64,000 bases of DNA from Parcubacteria group bacterium Gr01-1014_8 (GTDB lineage: Bacteria > Patescibacteriota > Minisyncoccia > Phycocordibacterales > UBA2100). The notes beneath the pieces were generated by a model. The model searched no databases. It was not told where the DNA came from and saw only the letters and a program-made list of their open reading frames with translations. The stretch spans positions 136,372-200,371 of the forward strand of contig VMGC01000002.1 in NCBI GenBank assembly GCA_007376385.1, written 5' to 3'. Positions within the stretch are counted from its first letter, which is position 1, and each line of letters opens with the position of its first letter. The translations under genes and the position numbers were made by a program. This document shows, one piece after another, positions 56,164-64,000 of this stretch.

Positions 56164-59100
56164 TTATGACAGATATTCCCCCCATTCCTTCGCCTTCAGT
56201 CCGTTGCCTTTTTGTTCCGCAAGAGCCATCGCGAATGCTTCTGCCAATTGTCTGTTGGTGATGAGCGGAATGTTTAGGTCAACAGCCCTGCGGCGGATGA
56301 CAAAACCGTCTGCTGTCTCCCGCGCAAGCGGCTTTGCGGGCACATTGATGATGAGGTCTACAGTGCGGTTCTCTATGACCGAAAGGACGCTGGGTTCTTT
56401 TTGTTCTGAAATTTTATGCAGCAACATGCATGCTATGCCGTGCTTTTCGAGAAATGCGGCGGTGTGCTCAGTGCCAAAGAAACGATATTTCATATCCGCC
56501 AGTTTTTGCATCGCCGGCAACAGTTTTATTTTGTTTTCCTCTCCACCAAGGGAGAGTAGGATATTTTTCTTTGGGAGCCGAAAGCCTGCAGCAAGCATAG
56601 ACTTCAATAGAGCCTCCGAATACGAATCACCAAAACATGCGACTTCTCCGGTTGCCGTCATCTCTACGTACGAGACCGGGTCTGCCCCTTTGATGCGGCC
56701 GTACGAAAATTGAGGCGATTTTACTGCGACATAATCGAGTTCTACCGTTCGGTACTCCGCAGAAATGTTCTTTCCGAGAAGGGCCCTTGTCGCAATGTCT
56801 ATGAAATTATAGCCGGTCACCTTTGAAACGAACGGAAAACTGCGGGAGGCGCGCACATTGCATTCAATGACCATGAGGTTATTGTCCTTGGCAAGGAATT
56901 GAATGTTGAGAGGCCCAGTGATGTTCAGCTCCTTCACGATAGCTTTCGTAATTTCCTTCGCCCTTCGAATAGTTTCCAGATATGTTCTTTGGGGCGGAAG
57001 CACAAGGGTTGCGTCTCCGGAATGCGTACCTGCGTTCTCTACGTGTTCTGAAATGGCGTAGATGGCGAGCTTGCCATGCGACGCTACTCCATCTATCTCT
57101 ATCTCGCGTGAATTCTCGACAAATTTTGAAATGACGACCGGGTGGTCGGATGAGATGTCTACGGCACGCTGTAAGTATTTGATGAGCGAGTCCTTATCGA
57201 ACGCGACGTTCATAGCGGAGCCGGAGAGAACATACGAAGGGCGGACCAATACCGGGAAGCCCATTGCTTCAGCAGCGTTCGCGGCCTTTATAGGAGTCGT
57301 TGCTTCGACCCACGCCGGTTGAGAAACGCCGAGTCGGTCGAGAAGTTTTGAGAACTCATGCCGGTCTTCAGCGCGGTCAATATTTTTCGGACTTGTGCCG
57401 AGGATAGGCACACCGTGTTCGTAGAGGGGGAGGGCGAGATTATTAGGGATCTGGCCGCCTGTTGATACGACGACTCCCTGCGGTCTTTCAAACTCAATGA
57501 TGTCCAATACTCTTTCCAGTGAAAGCTCTTCAAAGTACAGTCTGTCAGATTCGTCGTAATCGGTAGACACTGTCTCAGGATTGCAATTTATCATTATCGT
57601 CTCCTTTTTTTCTGCACGAAGGCGCTTCAGTGCCTGCACATTGCACCAGTCGAATTCAACGGATGAACCAATGCAGTACGGCCCGCTGCCAAGGACCGCG
57701 ATTCCCTTCGAACCGCGCTCAATGTCGTTTTCAGTGCCGTGATACGTCAGGTACAAATAGTTGGTTTTTGCTGGAAATTCGCCGGCAAGCGTATCTATCT
57801 GCTTCACGACCGGCCTGATAGCAAAACGCAGTCGTCGTGCGCGTATCTGAGCCTCGGTGGTTTTTTTCAGTTTTGCTATCTGCGCATCAGAGAAACCAAG
57901 CTGCTTTGCCTTCAACATCGTATATTTGTCAAGATCTTTTCTTGAGAGCGATCGTTCAAAGTCGCTGATATTTTTCATTTTTTCGAGGAACCAGGGGTCT
58001 ATTTTTGACAACGCGTGCAGCTTTTTTACGGATATTCCTGCTTTAAGTGCTTCTGCTAAAGCGAATATTCTGCGAGTCGTTGGCTCTTTAATTTCCTCAA
58101 GAAGCTTTCCGCCAGCGTCTTTTTGCGCGGTGAAGCCAGGTGCTCCAATTGAGAGCATGCGAAGAGACTTCTGTAGCACTTCCTCAAAATTGCGGCCGAT
58201 CGCCATGACCTCTCCGACACTTTTCATTTCAGTGCCAATACGTGATGTAGCGTTCTCGAATTTATTCAGATCCCATCGCGGCACTTTCAGAACAAGATAA
58301 TCGAGCGCTGGCTCGAAATCTGCTATCGTCGATCCTGTGATTGAGTTCTTCAATTCAGGAAGCGTAAAACCGAGCGCGAGTTTCGCCGCAATGAATGCCA
58401 GTGGGTAACCGGTAGCTTTGGAGGCAAGCGCGGATGAGCGAGACAAGCGCGCGTTCACCTCTATAACGCGGTAGTCGCCCGTTTGCGGGTGCAGAGCGTA
58501 TTGGATATTGCATTCCCCGACCACTCCCAGATGCCGAATGGTCTTGATGGCAATCGTGCGCAGCCGATGATACTCCTCGTTCGAGAGTGTTTGTGACGGC
58601 GCGACGACCATACTTTCTCCCGTGTGGATGCCCATCGGGTCCACATTTTCCATGTTGCATACCGTTATGCAGTTGTCGAGTCTGTCGCGGACGACCTCGT
58701 ATTCTACTTCTTTCCAGCCCAAGAGATATTCTTCGATAAGCACTTGCGGGCTTGAACTGAATGCTTCGGTAAGTTTCTGCTCCAGCTCTTTTTGGTCTCC
58801 CGCAATACCGGAGCCCTGCCCGCCGAGTGCAAATCCAGCACGCACCATGACGGGGAACCCAATGACTTGTGCCGCCTCGATCCCGTCTTGAATCGTTCGG
58901 ACGGCTTTGCTGCGAGCGGTTTGTACATCGATCTCAGCCAGACGTTTTATAAAAAGGTCCCTGTCTTCGGTGTCTCGGATCGTCGAAATAGGCGTGCCAA
59001 GTACGCGGACTTTATACTTTGAAAGTACGCCTTGCTCAGCGAGCAACAGTCCCAGATTGAGCGCCGTCTGTCCGCCGAATCCAAGCAGTATCGCATTCGG

Positions 59101-59367
59101 CTTTTCCTTTTTAATGACTTTGGTAGCAAATTGTTCAGTGAGAGGGAGAAAATACACTGCATCCGCAAGATTCTTACCCGCCTGCGCGCCGCGCGCGGGC
59201 AGGTCTGTCTGGACTGTTGCAATGTTCGGATTTATAAGAATGACGCGGATGCCTTCTTCCTTGAGAGCTTTTATAGCTTGTGAACCGGAGTAATCAAATT
59301 CGCCAGCCTGGCCGATTTTCAAGCCGCCCGAACCTAGGATGAGAACTGAGCGGATCTTTTTACTCAT
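56164..59367 (-). CDS. carB: Carbamoyl-phosphate synthase large subunit
   Basis: Duplicated ATP-grasp modules, 1067 aa, MGS-like C-terminus. Confidence 0.95.
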   Translation of the reverse strand: MSKKIRSVLILGSGGLKIGQAGEFDYSGSQAIKALKEEGIRVILINPNIATVQTDLPARGAQAGKNLADAVYFLPLTEQFATKVIKKEKPNAILLGFGGQTALNLGLLLAEQGVLSKYKVRVLGTPISTIRDTEDRDLFIKRLAEIDVQTARSKAVRTIQDGIEAAQVIGFPVMVRAGFALGGQGSGIAGDQKELEQKLTEAFSSSPQVLIEEYLLGWKEVEYEVVRDRLDNCITVCNMENVDPMGIHTGESMVVAPSQTLSNEEYHRLRTIAIKTIRHLGVVGECNIQYALHPQTGDYRVIEVNARLSRSSALASKATGYPLAFIAAKLALGFTLPELKNSITGSTIADFEPALDYLVLKVPRWDLNKFENATSRIGTEMKSVGEVMAIGRNFEEVLQKSLRMLSIGAPGFTAQKDAGGKLLEEIKEPTTRRIFALAEALKAGISVKKLHALSKIDPWFLEKMKNISDFERSLSRKDLDKYTMLKAKQLGFSDAQIAKLKKTTEAQIRARRLRFAIRPVVKQIDTLAGEFPAKTNYLYLTYHGTENDIERGSKGIAVLGSGPYCIGSSVEFDWCNVQALKRLRAEKKETIMINCNPETVSTDYDESDRLYFEELSLERVLDIIEFERPQGVVVSTGGQIPNNLALPLYEHGVPILGTSPKNIDRAEDRHEFSKLLDRLGVSQPAWVEATTPIKAANAAEAMGFPVLVRPSYVLSGSAMNVAFDKDSLIKYLQRAVDISSDHPVVISKFVENSREIEIDGVASHGKLAIYAISEHVENAGTHSGDATLVLPPQRTYLETIRRAKEITKAIVKELNITGPLNIQFLAKDNNLMVIECNVRASRSFPFVSKVTGYNFIDIATRALLGKNISAEYRTVELDYVAVKSPQFSYGRIKGADPVSYVEMTATGEVACFGDSYSEALLKSMLAAGFRLPKKNILLSLGGEENKIKLLPAMQKLADMKYRFFGTEHTAAFLEKHGIACMLLHKISEQKEPSVLSVIENRTVDLIINVPAKPLARETADGFVIRRRAVDLNIPLITNRQLAEAFAMALAEQKGNGLKAKEWGEYLS

Positions 59368-60433
59368 ACTTTTTTCTATTTAACTCGTCGATGAATTCGT
59401 CAAAAATCCATGCTGTGTCCGTAGGTCCGGGGGACGCTTCTGGATGAAATTGAACCGAACGCCATGGCTTTGTCTTGTGTCTGATGCCTTCATTGCTGCC
59501 ATCGTTAGCATTGGTAAACCATTCTTCCCAATCTTTCGGCAGTGTCTTTCCGTCAACCGCAAAGCCATGGTTTTGCGACGTGATGTAGCATTTTCCAGGA
59601 TCCGTTACATCGAGTGCAGGTTGATTGTGGGACCTATGTCCGTACTTGAGCTTGTAGGTTTTTGCTCCCGCAGCGAGCGCCAACAACTGATTGCCAAGAC
59701 ACACGCCCAAGATAGTTTTTTTTGCGTTCATTGCTTTCTTAATGTGCTCGATCGTTGGCGCACACATTGTCGGGTCGCCGGGACCATTGGATAGAACAAC
59801 CGCATGGTATTTTTCCTTCGTAAAATCGTAATCCCATGGCACGCGAATGACGGTTGTTTCCTTGCGAGTGAGCGAGCGGACAATATTTTCCTTCATGCCG
59901 CAATCAACCGCGATTATCCGTATAGGCCCTTTTCCATACGTACGTTTCCTGTTCACACTGACGCGTGCAACCAAGTTTTTCTCGTTCGGGTCGAGAAATT
60001 TCCTCGGTTTGTCGTTTTCCGATAATGCGCCGAGCATCACGCCATGTTCGCGAAGTTTTTTTGTCAGCGCCCGTGTATCAACGCCGGAGATGGCAGGAAT
60101 TCCAGATTTTTTCAACCACGAACCGAGAGATTGAACGGCTTTAGCGTGCGAATACTTTTCGCAGTACTCGGAAACGATAAGACCTGCGATGTGAATTTTC
60201 GACGATTCAAAGCACTCTGGACTGGGAACGCCGTAGTTGCCGACAAGCGGGTATGTACAGACAAGTATCTGTCCGGCGTATGAAGGGTCGGTGAGACTCT
60301 CTACGTAGCCGACCATTCCGGTATTGAAAACTACCTCTCCAAATTGACCTCCAGACGGTGTTTTTGCGCCAAAGCTCGTGCCCTCAATGACTGTGCCATC
60401 TTTTAAGAAAAGCTTCATACCGTGATATGCCAT
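59360..60433 (-). CDS. carA: Carbamoyl-phosphate synthase small subunit (glutamine amidotransferase)
   Basis: GVCLGNQ class-I GATase triad motif; overlaps the carB start. Confidence 0.9.
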   Translation of the reverse strand: MAYHGMKLFLKDGTVIEGTSFGAKTPSGGQFGEVVFNTGMVGYVESLTDPSYAGQILVCTYPLVGNYGVPSPECFESSKIHIAGLIVSEYCEKYSHAKAVQSLGSWLKKSGIPAISGVDTRALTKKLREHGVMLGALSENDKPRKFLDPNEKNLVARVSVNRKRTYGKGPIRIIAVDCGMKENIVRSLTRKETTVIRVPWDYDFTKEKYHAVVLSNGPGDPTMCAPTIEHIKKAMNAKKTILGVCLGNQLLALAAGAKTYKLKYGHRSHNQPALDVTDPGKCYITSQNHGFAVDGKTLPKDWEEWFTNANDGSNEGIRHKTKPWRSVQFHPEASPGPTDTAWIFDEFIDELNRKKYE

Positions 60434-60662
60434 AGCTCGAAAGAGAGAAGGCGATCAGAAAAAAGCCCTCTTGGGGAGGGCAGAAAATCAGTCATTTTCA
60501 GGGGGATAGGACCCGCCTTCGCCAAAGGCTTCGACGAGGCGAAGTAAAAAAATACGCCCGAGCGGGCGCTTTCCGAATTCCGGACCTTAGGAGCCATTAA
60601 AAGTGCATTGTATCTGAATTTTTACGGCAGTCAAATCAGCTCGCGGTGGATATCCAGTTTCT

Positions 60663-60768
60663 GTATACCACATGAGATAAATAATTCGCGCCGTAAATCT
60701 GTCAAAATTCATCGCAAAATCGCGTGCATTTCGAAATTGTAATGTCTTTATCTCACGGGGTATACTCG
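60663..60768. promoter_or_regulatory. Inverted pair of the TATCTCAYG(G/T)GGTATAC motif between divergent carA and uvrC (RC copy at 60663-60679; direct copy at 60749-60768 with TATACT 7 nt before the uvrC ATG)
   Basis: Read directly. Confidence 0.55.
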
Positions 60769-60773
60769 CCTTC

Positions 60774-62018
60774 ATGACGAAAGAAGAGCTAAAAAAAATA
60801 AACTTGCCGGATAGTCCCGGGGTATACATGTTTCGGAGGAGCAACAATCATATCCTGTATATAGGAAAGGCGGCGTCACTTCGTGACAGAGTGCGCAGTT
60901 ATTTTGCTTCGGACCTAGCAGAGTCCCGTTCGTCGGCAATCGCTGGAATGGTATCTGATGCGGTGACGGTAACGTGGGAATCGGTGGACACAGTTCTTGA
61001 GGCGCTTATTTTGGAGGCTAACCTCATAAAGAAATATGAGCCTCAATTCAACATAGAACAGAAAGATAATAAAAGCTTCAACTATCTCGTTATTACGAAA
61101 GAGGCGTTCCCGCGGGTCGCTGTTGTTCGCGGACGGGAATTATTTCTTACATGGAACGAAAAAGACATAAAGCACTGTTTCGGACCGTACCCGCACGGAG
61201 GTGCGCTACAGGAAGCCGTAAAGTTGGTACGAAGAATATTTCCCTTCAGAGACAACAAGTGTGTCCCAGCTCCTGTCCAGAAAAAGAAAGGGAAGCCGCC
61301 TAAGCCGTGTTTTAATCGCCAAATAGGTCTCTGTCCTGGAGTATGTACAGGCGAAATGAGTGAAGCAGAGTACAAGTATGTCATCCGAAACATTGTTGAA
61401 CTTTTCTCCGGCGGGATGCGCTCTTTAAAGAGGCGGCTTGAAAAAGAGATGAAGGATGCGTCACGAGCAGAACGTTTTGAAAAAGCGACTGCACTTCACC
61501 GGCAAGTCTCAGCGCTTACTCATATTAGAGACGTTTCGCTTATAAAAGATGAGCACAGGGTCTCGACAGGAGGCCAGTTCCGCATCGAAGCCTATGACGT
61601 CGCACATACCTCAGGTGACGAGACGGTCGGGGTCATGACCGTCGTTGAAGGAGGAGAAATTTACAAAGCAGCGTATCGCATGTTCAAAGTGCGGGAGGCA
61701 AAAAATGACGATACTAAGGCGCTGTCGGAAATCTTAATGAGAAGGCTCGCCCATCCGGAGTGGCAGTATCCGAAACTCATCGTTATCGATGGGGGAAAGG
61801 GACAGCTGAATGCCGCATCTCGAGTTCTCAAAAAAGCAGGTGTATCGATTCCGCTCGTGGCCGTCACGAAAGACGAATTTCATCGTCCCGAAAAAGTGAT
61901 AGGCGACGAGCGCATGGCGCGTGCGTACGAAAAAGAAATTTTGCTGGCGAACAGCGAAGCGCATCGTTTTGCGATACGTTGGCACAGAAAACGTAGACAA
62001 AAGGGCATGGTAGAGTAA
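60774..62018 (+). CDS. uvrC: Excinuclease ABC subunit C, short form (GIY-YIG + UVR + RNase-H-like endonuclease domains; no C-terminal HhH2)
   Basis: GIY-YIG (GVYMF...ILYIGKA), UVR domain (RFEKATALHRQVSAL), endonuclease block IDGGKGQLNAA; only 414 aa. Confidence 0.85.
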   Translation: MTKEELKKINLPDSPGVYMFRRSNNHILYIGKAASLRDRVRSYFASDLAESRSSAIAGMVSDAVTVTWESVDTVLEALILEANLIKKYEPQFNIEQKDNKSFNYLVITKEAFPRVAVVRGRELFLTWNEKDIKHCFGPYPHGGALQEAVKLVRRIFPFRDNKCVPAPVQKKKGKPPKPCFNRQIGLCPGVCTGEMSEAEYKYVIRNIVELFSGGMRSLKRRLEKEMKDASRAERFEKATALHRQVSALTHIRDVSLIKDEHRVSTGGQFRIEAYDVAHTSGDETVGVMTVVEGGEIYKAAYRMFKVREAKNDDTKALSEILMRRLAHPEWQYPKLIVIDGGKGQLNAASRVLKKAGVSIPLVAVTKDEFHRPEKVIGDERMARAYEKEILLANSEAHRFAIRWHRKRRQKGMVE

Positions 62019-62022
62019 TTGC

Positions 62023-62487
62023 ATGTCGGAGAACGGCGGAAACCCGAAGAAACCAATCGATCTCAGCGCAGAACGACTCAAGAAATTAAGGCCTAAGAAC
62101 TTATTACTGCGAACGGATGTCTTAGTAGATGCACTTGGACTGCCTCCTGAAACATTTGCTCCACCTCAAGGCCTCAAGGAGCTTTCTTTATCCGAGGCGC
62201 ATGAATTTGCCAGCGAAATCGTCAAAAAGTATTCAGATAGAAGCACGTTCATGCAAGCATACACAGAGGAACTTTATCCCGATGACCCAAAGGCAGAACA
62301 GCGAGCGGCTGAAAGTGTAGAAGGGGATTTAAATGAAAAAAGGGAGATTGTTGGCGTATTCACCACAGAAGGAATGCGACAAACTCTTTCATATAGTAAA
62401 GCTGATTCGCGTTATTATCCAATTGCGTTCACTTTTGTTACAGCAGAAGCATTTTTGAATCGTTTTCCCAATAAACCACAGGAGTAG
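62023..62487 (+). CDS. Hypothetical protein
   Basis: ORF 5 nt after uvrC. Confidence 0.45.
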   Translation: MSENGGNPKKPIDLSAERLKKLRPKNLLLRTDVLVDALGLPPETFAPPQGLKELSLSEAHEFASEIVKKYSDRSTFMQAYTEELYPDDPKAEQRAAESVEGDLNEKREIVGVFTTEGMRQTLSYSKADSRYYPIAFTFVTAEAFLNRFPNKPQE

Positions 62488-62513
62488 TTGTACTTGAATG
62501 CTATACTTTCGGC

Positions 62514-63482
62514 ATGGCACGCACTGTAGTGGGTGTACTTCGGGGTGGAACTTCAAGTGAGTATGACTTGTCGCTTAGAACAGGGGCGGCAATGCTGAAT
62601 GCGCTCTCTGAAGATGAGTACGATGTTAGAGATATTCTCATTGACAAGCGGGGAGTGTGGCATTCGCGAGGCCGTCCCGCGGACCCGGCACGCGTGCTCT
62701 CCCAGGTTGATGTCGTATTAAATGGACTTCACGGAGGTATCGGGGAGGATGGAACTGTCGGAAGACTTTTAGAGCGTGCAGGTACGCCGTATGCTGGCTC
62801 AAAGCCCCTTGCCTCAGCATTCTCTTTGAGCAAGGTACGCTCAAGAGAAATATTGAAAAATGCCGGAATACTTATGCCGCGTGGGCTCGCATTCTCCGCG
62901 TCGATGCCGCTCAATACTGGCGAAATGACGGAGCTTGTTTTTGCAGAGTTTGGGCCGCCATACATTCTTAAACCCGCCGCGGAAGGTGCATCAACTGGAA
63001 TAAAATTGGTGTATACGATCATAGAACTACCCGAAGCCATTGGCGATATTCTCGACGCGTATGGCTCCACAATTGTCGAAGAATATTTAGCGGGGGAAAA
63101 CGCGACTGTCGGGGTCTTGGAAGATTTTAGAGGAGAAGAGTTGTACGCGCTGCCGCCGGCACATATTATTCTTCCGGATGAGTCGCCGTTTTTACACTTT
63201 GACCATCACACAAACGGTTCGCTGCGCCATATAGCGCCAAGTAATTTCAGCGACCTTGAAAAAAAGGCCCTTGTGGAGGCAGCAAAAGCCGCACATCGAG
63301 CATTGGGGCTCTCGCATTTTTCTCGAGCTGATTTCATTGTTACGAAGCGCGGCCCGCATTTGTTGGAAGTAAATGCGCTGCCCGGTCTCTATGAAGGCTC
63401 GGCAATGCCGTCGAAGTTGCAGGCAGTCGGGTCCTCCGTAAAACAATTTCTGGAACACGCGCTTCATTTAGCGAGAAAATAA
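62514..63482 (+). CDS. ddl: D-alanine--D-alanine ligase
   Basis: ATP-grasp; N-terminal VGVLRGGTSSEYDLSLRTGAAM; C-terminal blocks typical of Ddl. Confidence 0.85.
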   Translation: MARTVVGVLRGGTSSEYDLSLRTGAAMLNALSEDEYDVRDILIDKRGVWHSRGRPADPARVLSQVDVVLNGLHGGIGEDGTVGRLLERAGTPYAGSKPLASAFSLSKVRSREILKNAGILMPRGLAFSASMPLNTGEMTELVFAEFGPPYILKPAAEGASTGIKLVYTIIELPEAIGDILDAYGSTIVEEYLAGENATVGVLEDFRGEELYALPPAHIILPDESPFLHFDHHTNGSLRHIAPSNFSDLEKKALVEAAKAAHRALGLSHFSRADFIVTKRGPHLLEVNALPGLYEGSAMPSKLQAVGSSVKQFLEHALHLARK

Positions 63483-63483
63483 T

Positions 63484-63660
63484 ATGGCCGGGAATGGGAC
63501 TGTTACGCTCGAAAAAATGTACCACTTTCGTTGCGCATCATGCTCAAGATGGTGGAGTATCGCTGATGCTCCCGGTACGCCGGCGGAACGAGAATGGTGG
63601 TGTCCATGGTGCGGTATCAAGCAATCTTTTCTTGATAAAACACTGGGAGTTCTTTCGTAG
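63484..63660 (+). CDS. Possible 58-aa zinc-ribbon protein (CASC...CPWC)
   Basis: Hand translation MAGNGTVTLEKMYHFRCASCSRWWSIADAPGTPAEREWWCPWCGIKQSFLDKTLGVLS; shorter than the track cutoff. Confidence 0.3.
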   Translation: MAGNGTVTLEKMYHFRCASCSRWWSIADAPGTPAEREWWCPWCGIKQSFLDKTLGVLS

Positions 63661-63787
63661 TGGTTGTGTCAATGCAATAAAAAAGCTATCTTACCGATTG
63701 TCAGTCATTTTGGGCCCATACTGGAGGATCGTATGGACCCTGTGTTCGGAGAAAGAATATGCTAGCATCTTCTTTCAATCCTCACTT

Positions 63788-63863
63788 GGGCCCATAGCTC
63801 AGTTGGTAGAGCACCTCATTTGCAATGAGGGGGTCAGCGGTTCGAATCCGCTTGGGTCCACCA
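63788..63863 (+). tRNA. tRNA-Ala (anticodon TGC), CCA encoded
   Basis: Cloverleaf GGGCCCA/TGGGTCC acceptor stem with the G3:U70 Ala identity pair, TTTGCAA anticodon loop, GGTTCGAATCC T-arm. Confidence 0.9.
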
Positions 63864-64000
63864 AATTTGATTTGCATCAGAATTGACCGCGCCCGCGCCG
63901 AAGGCGCGGGCTTGGGCTGGCATTTCCGCCAAGAAATTCCAAGGGGTTTTGAATTCCGCCAAAAGCATTCCCGCCGAAAGTCGGCGGTTCGAGCCGATGG

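Noticed and set aside
56114-56713. 199-aa + strand ORF
   Set aside because: Lies antisense inside the highly conserved carB coding region; frame-shadow ORF.
63494-63886. 130-aa ORF on the + strand
   Set aside because: It reads straight through the tRNA-Ala gene (its translation contains the tRNA sequence); spurious.
1-64000. CRISPR array or cas genes
   Set aside because: No regularly spaced 25-40 bp direct repeats found; the repeats present are palindromic and dispersed or tandem at 13 bp.

Overview
A 64 kb chromosomal window from a bacterium with roughly 50% GC. Genes are densely packed, mostly on the + strand, and several appear to be leaderless (a TATACT/TATAAT -10 box lies 7-10 nt before the start codon).

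Conserved metabolic and housekeeping genes make up the backbone:
- zwf-gnd-glpX-fba, a pentose-phosphate / gluconeogenesis operon, at the 5' end
- argG-argH-argF, pyrB, carAB (minus strand)
- an FMN-riboswitch-controlled ribE-ribH-ribBA-ribD operon
- lysS, tyrS, typA, deaD, msrA/msrB, murB, ddl
- uvrA, uvrB and a short uvrC
- tRNA-Ala(TGC)

Accessory content:
- a membrane sensor-OtsA (trehalose-6-P synthase) fusion followed by an IMPase-family gene
- a Met-rich thioredoxin plus a CcdA-thioredoxin (DipZ-like) pair
- a large HD-domain protein with a partner ORF
- two tandem superinfection-immunity-like small membrane proteins
- an approximately 7.5 kb cluster (28.3-35.9 kb) of secreted / cell-surface repeat proteins: MopE-like Ca/metal-binding repeats, Gly/Asp-rich Cys proteins, a 950-aa DUF11 protein, two PG_binding_1 C-termini and a CAP-domain protein, flanked by an unusually long repeat-rich intergenic region

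Non-coding signals:
- an approximately 65-bp palindromic dispersed repeat present 4 times, twice supplying the upstream gene's stop codon
- a 15-18 nt motif (TATCTCAYGGGGTAT[ACT]) occurring as inverted pairs at three divergent-promoter loci (uvrA/Imm, carA/uvrC, ZIP transporter)
- a 37-nt UUCG-hairpin leader motif shared by pyrB and uvrA, with a compensatory base change
- a 70-bp in-frame palindromic insertion inside gnd
- several rho-independent terminators

The ORF track translates GTG/TTG starts as M, so many start coordinates are approximate. No CRISPR array, rRNA gene or obvious transposase was found.
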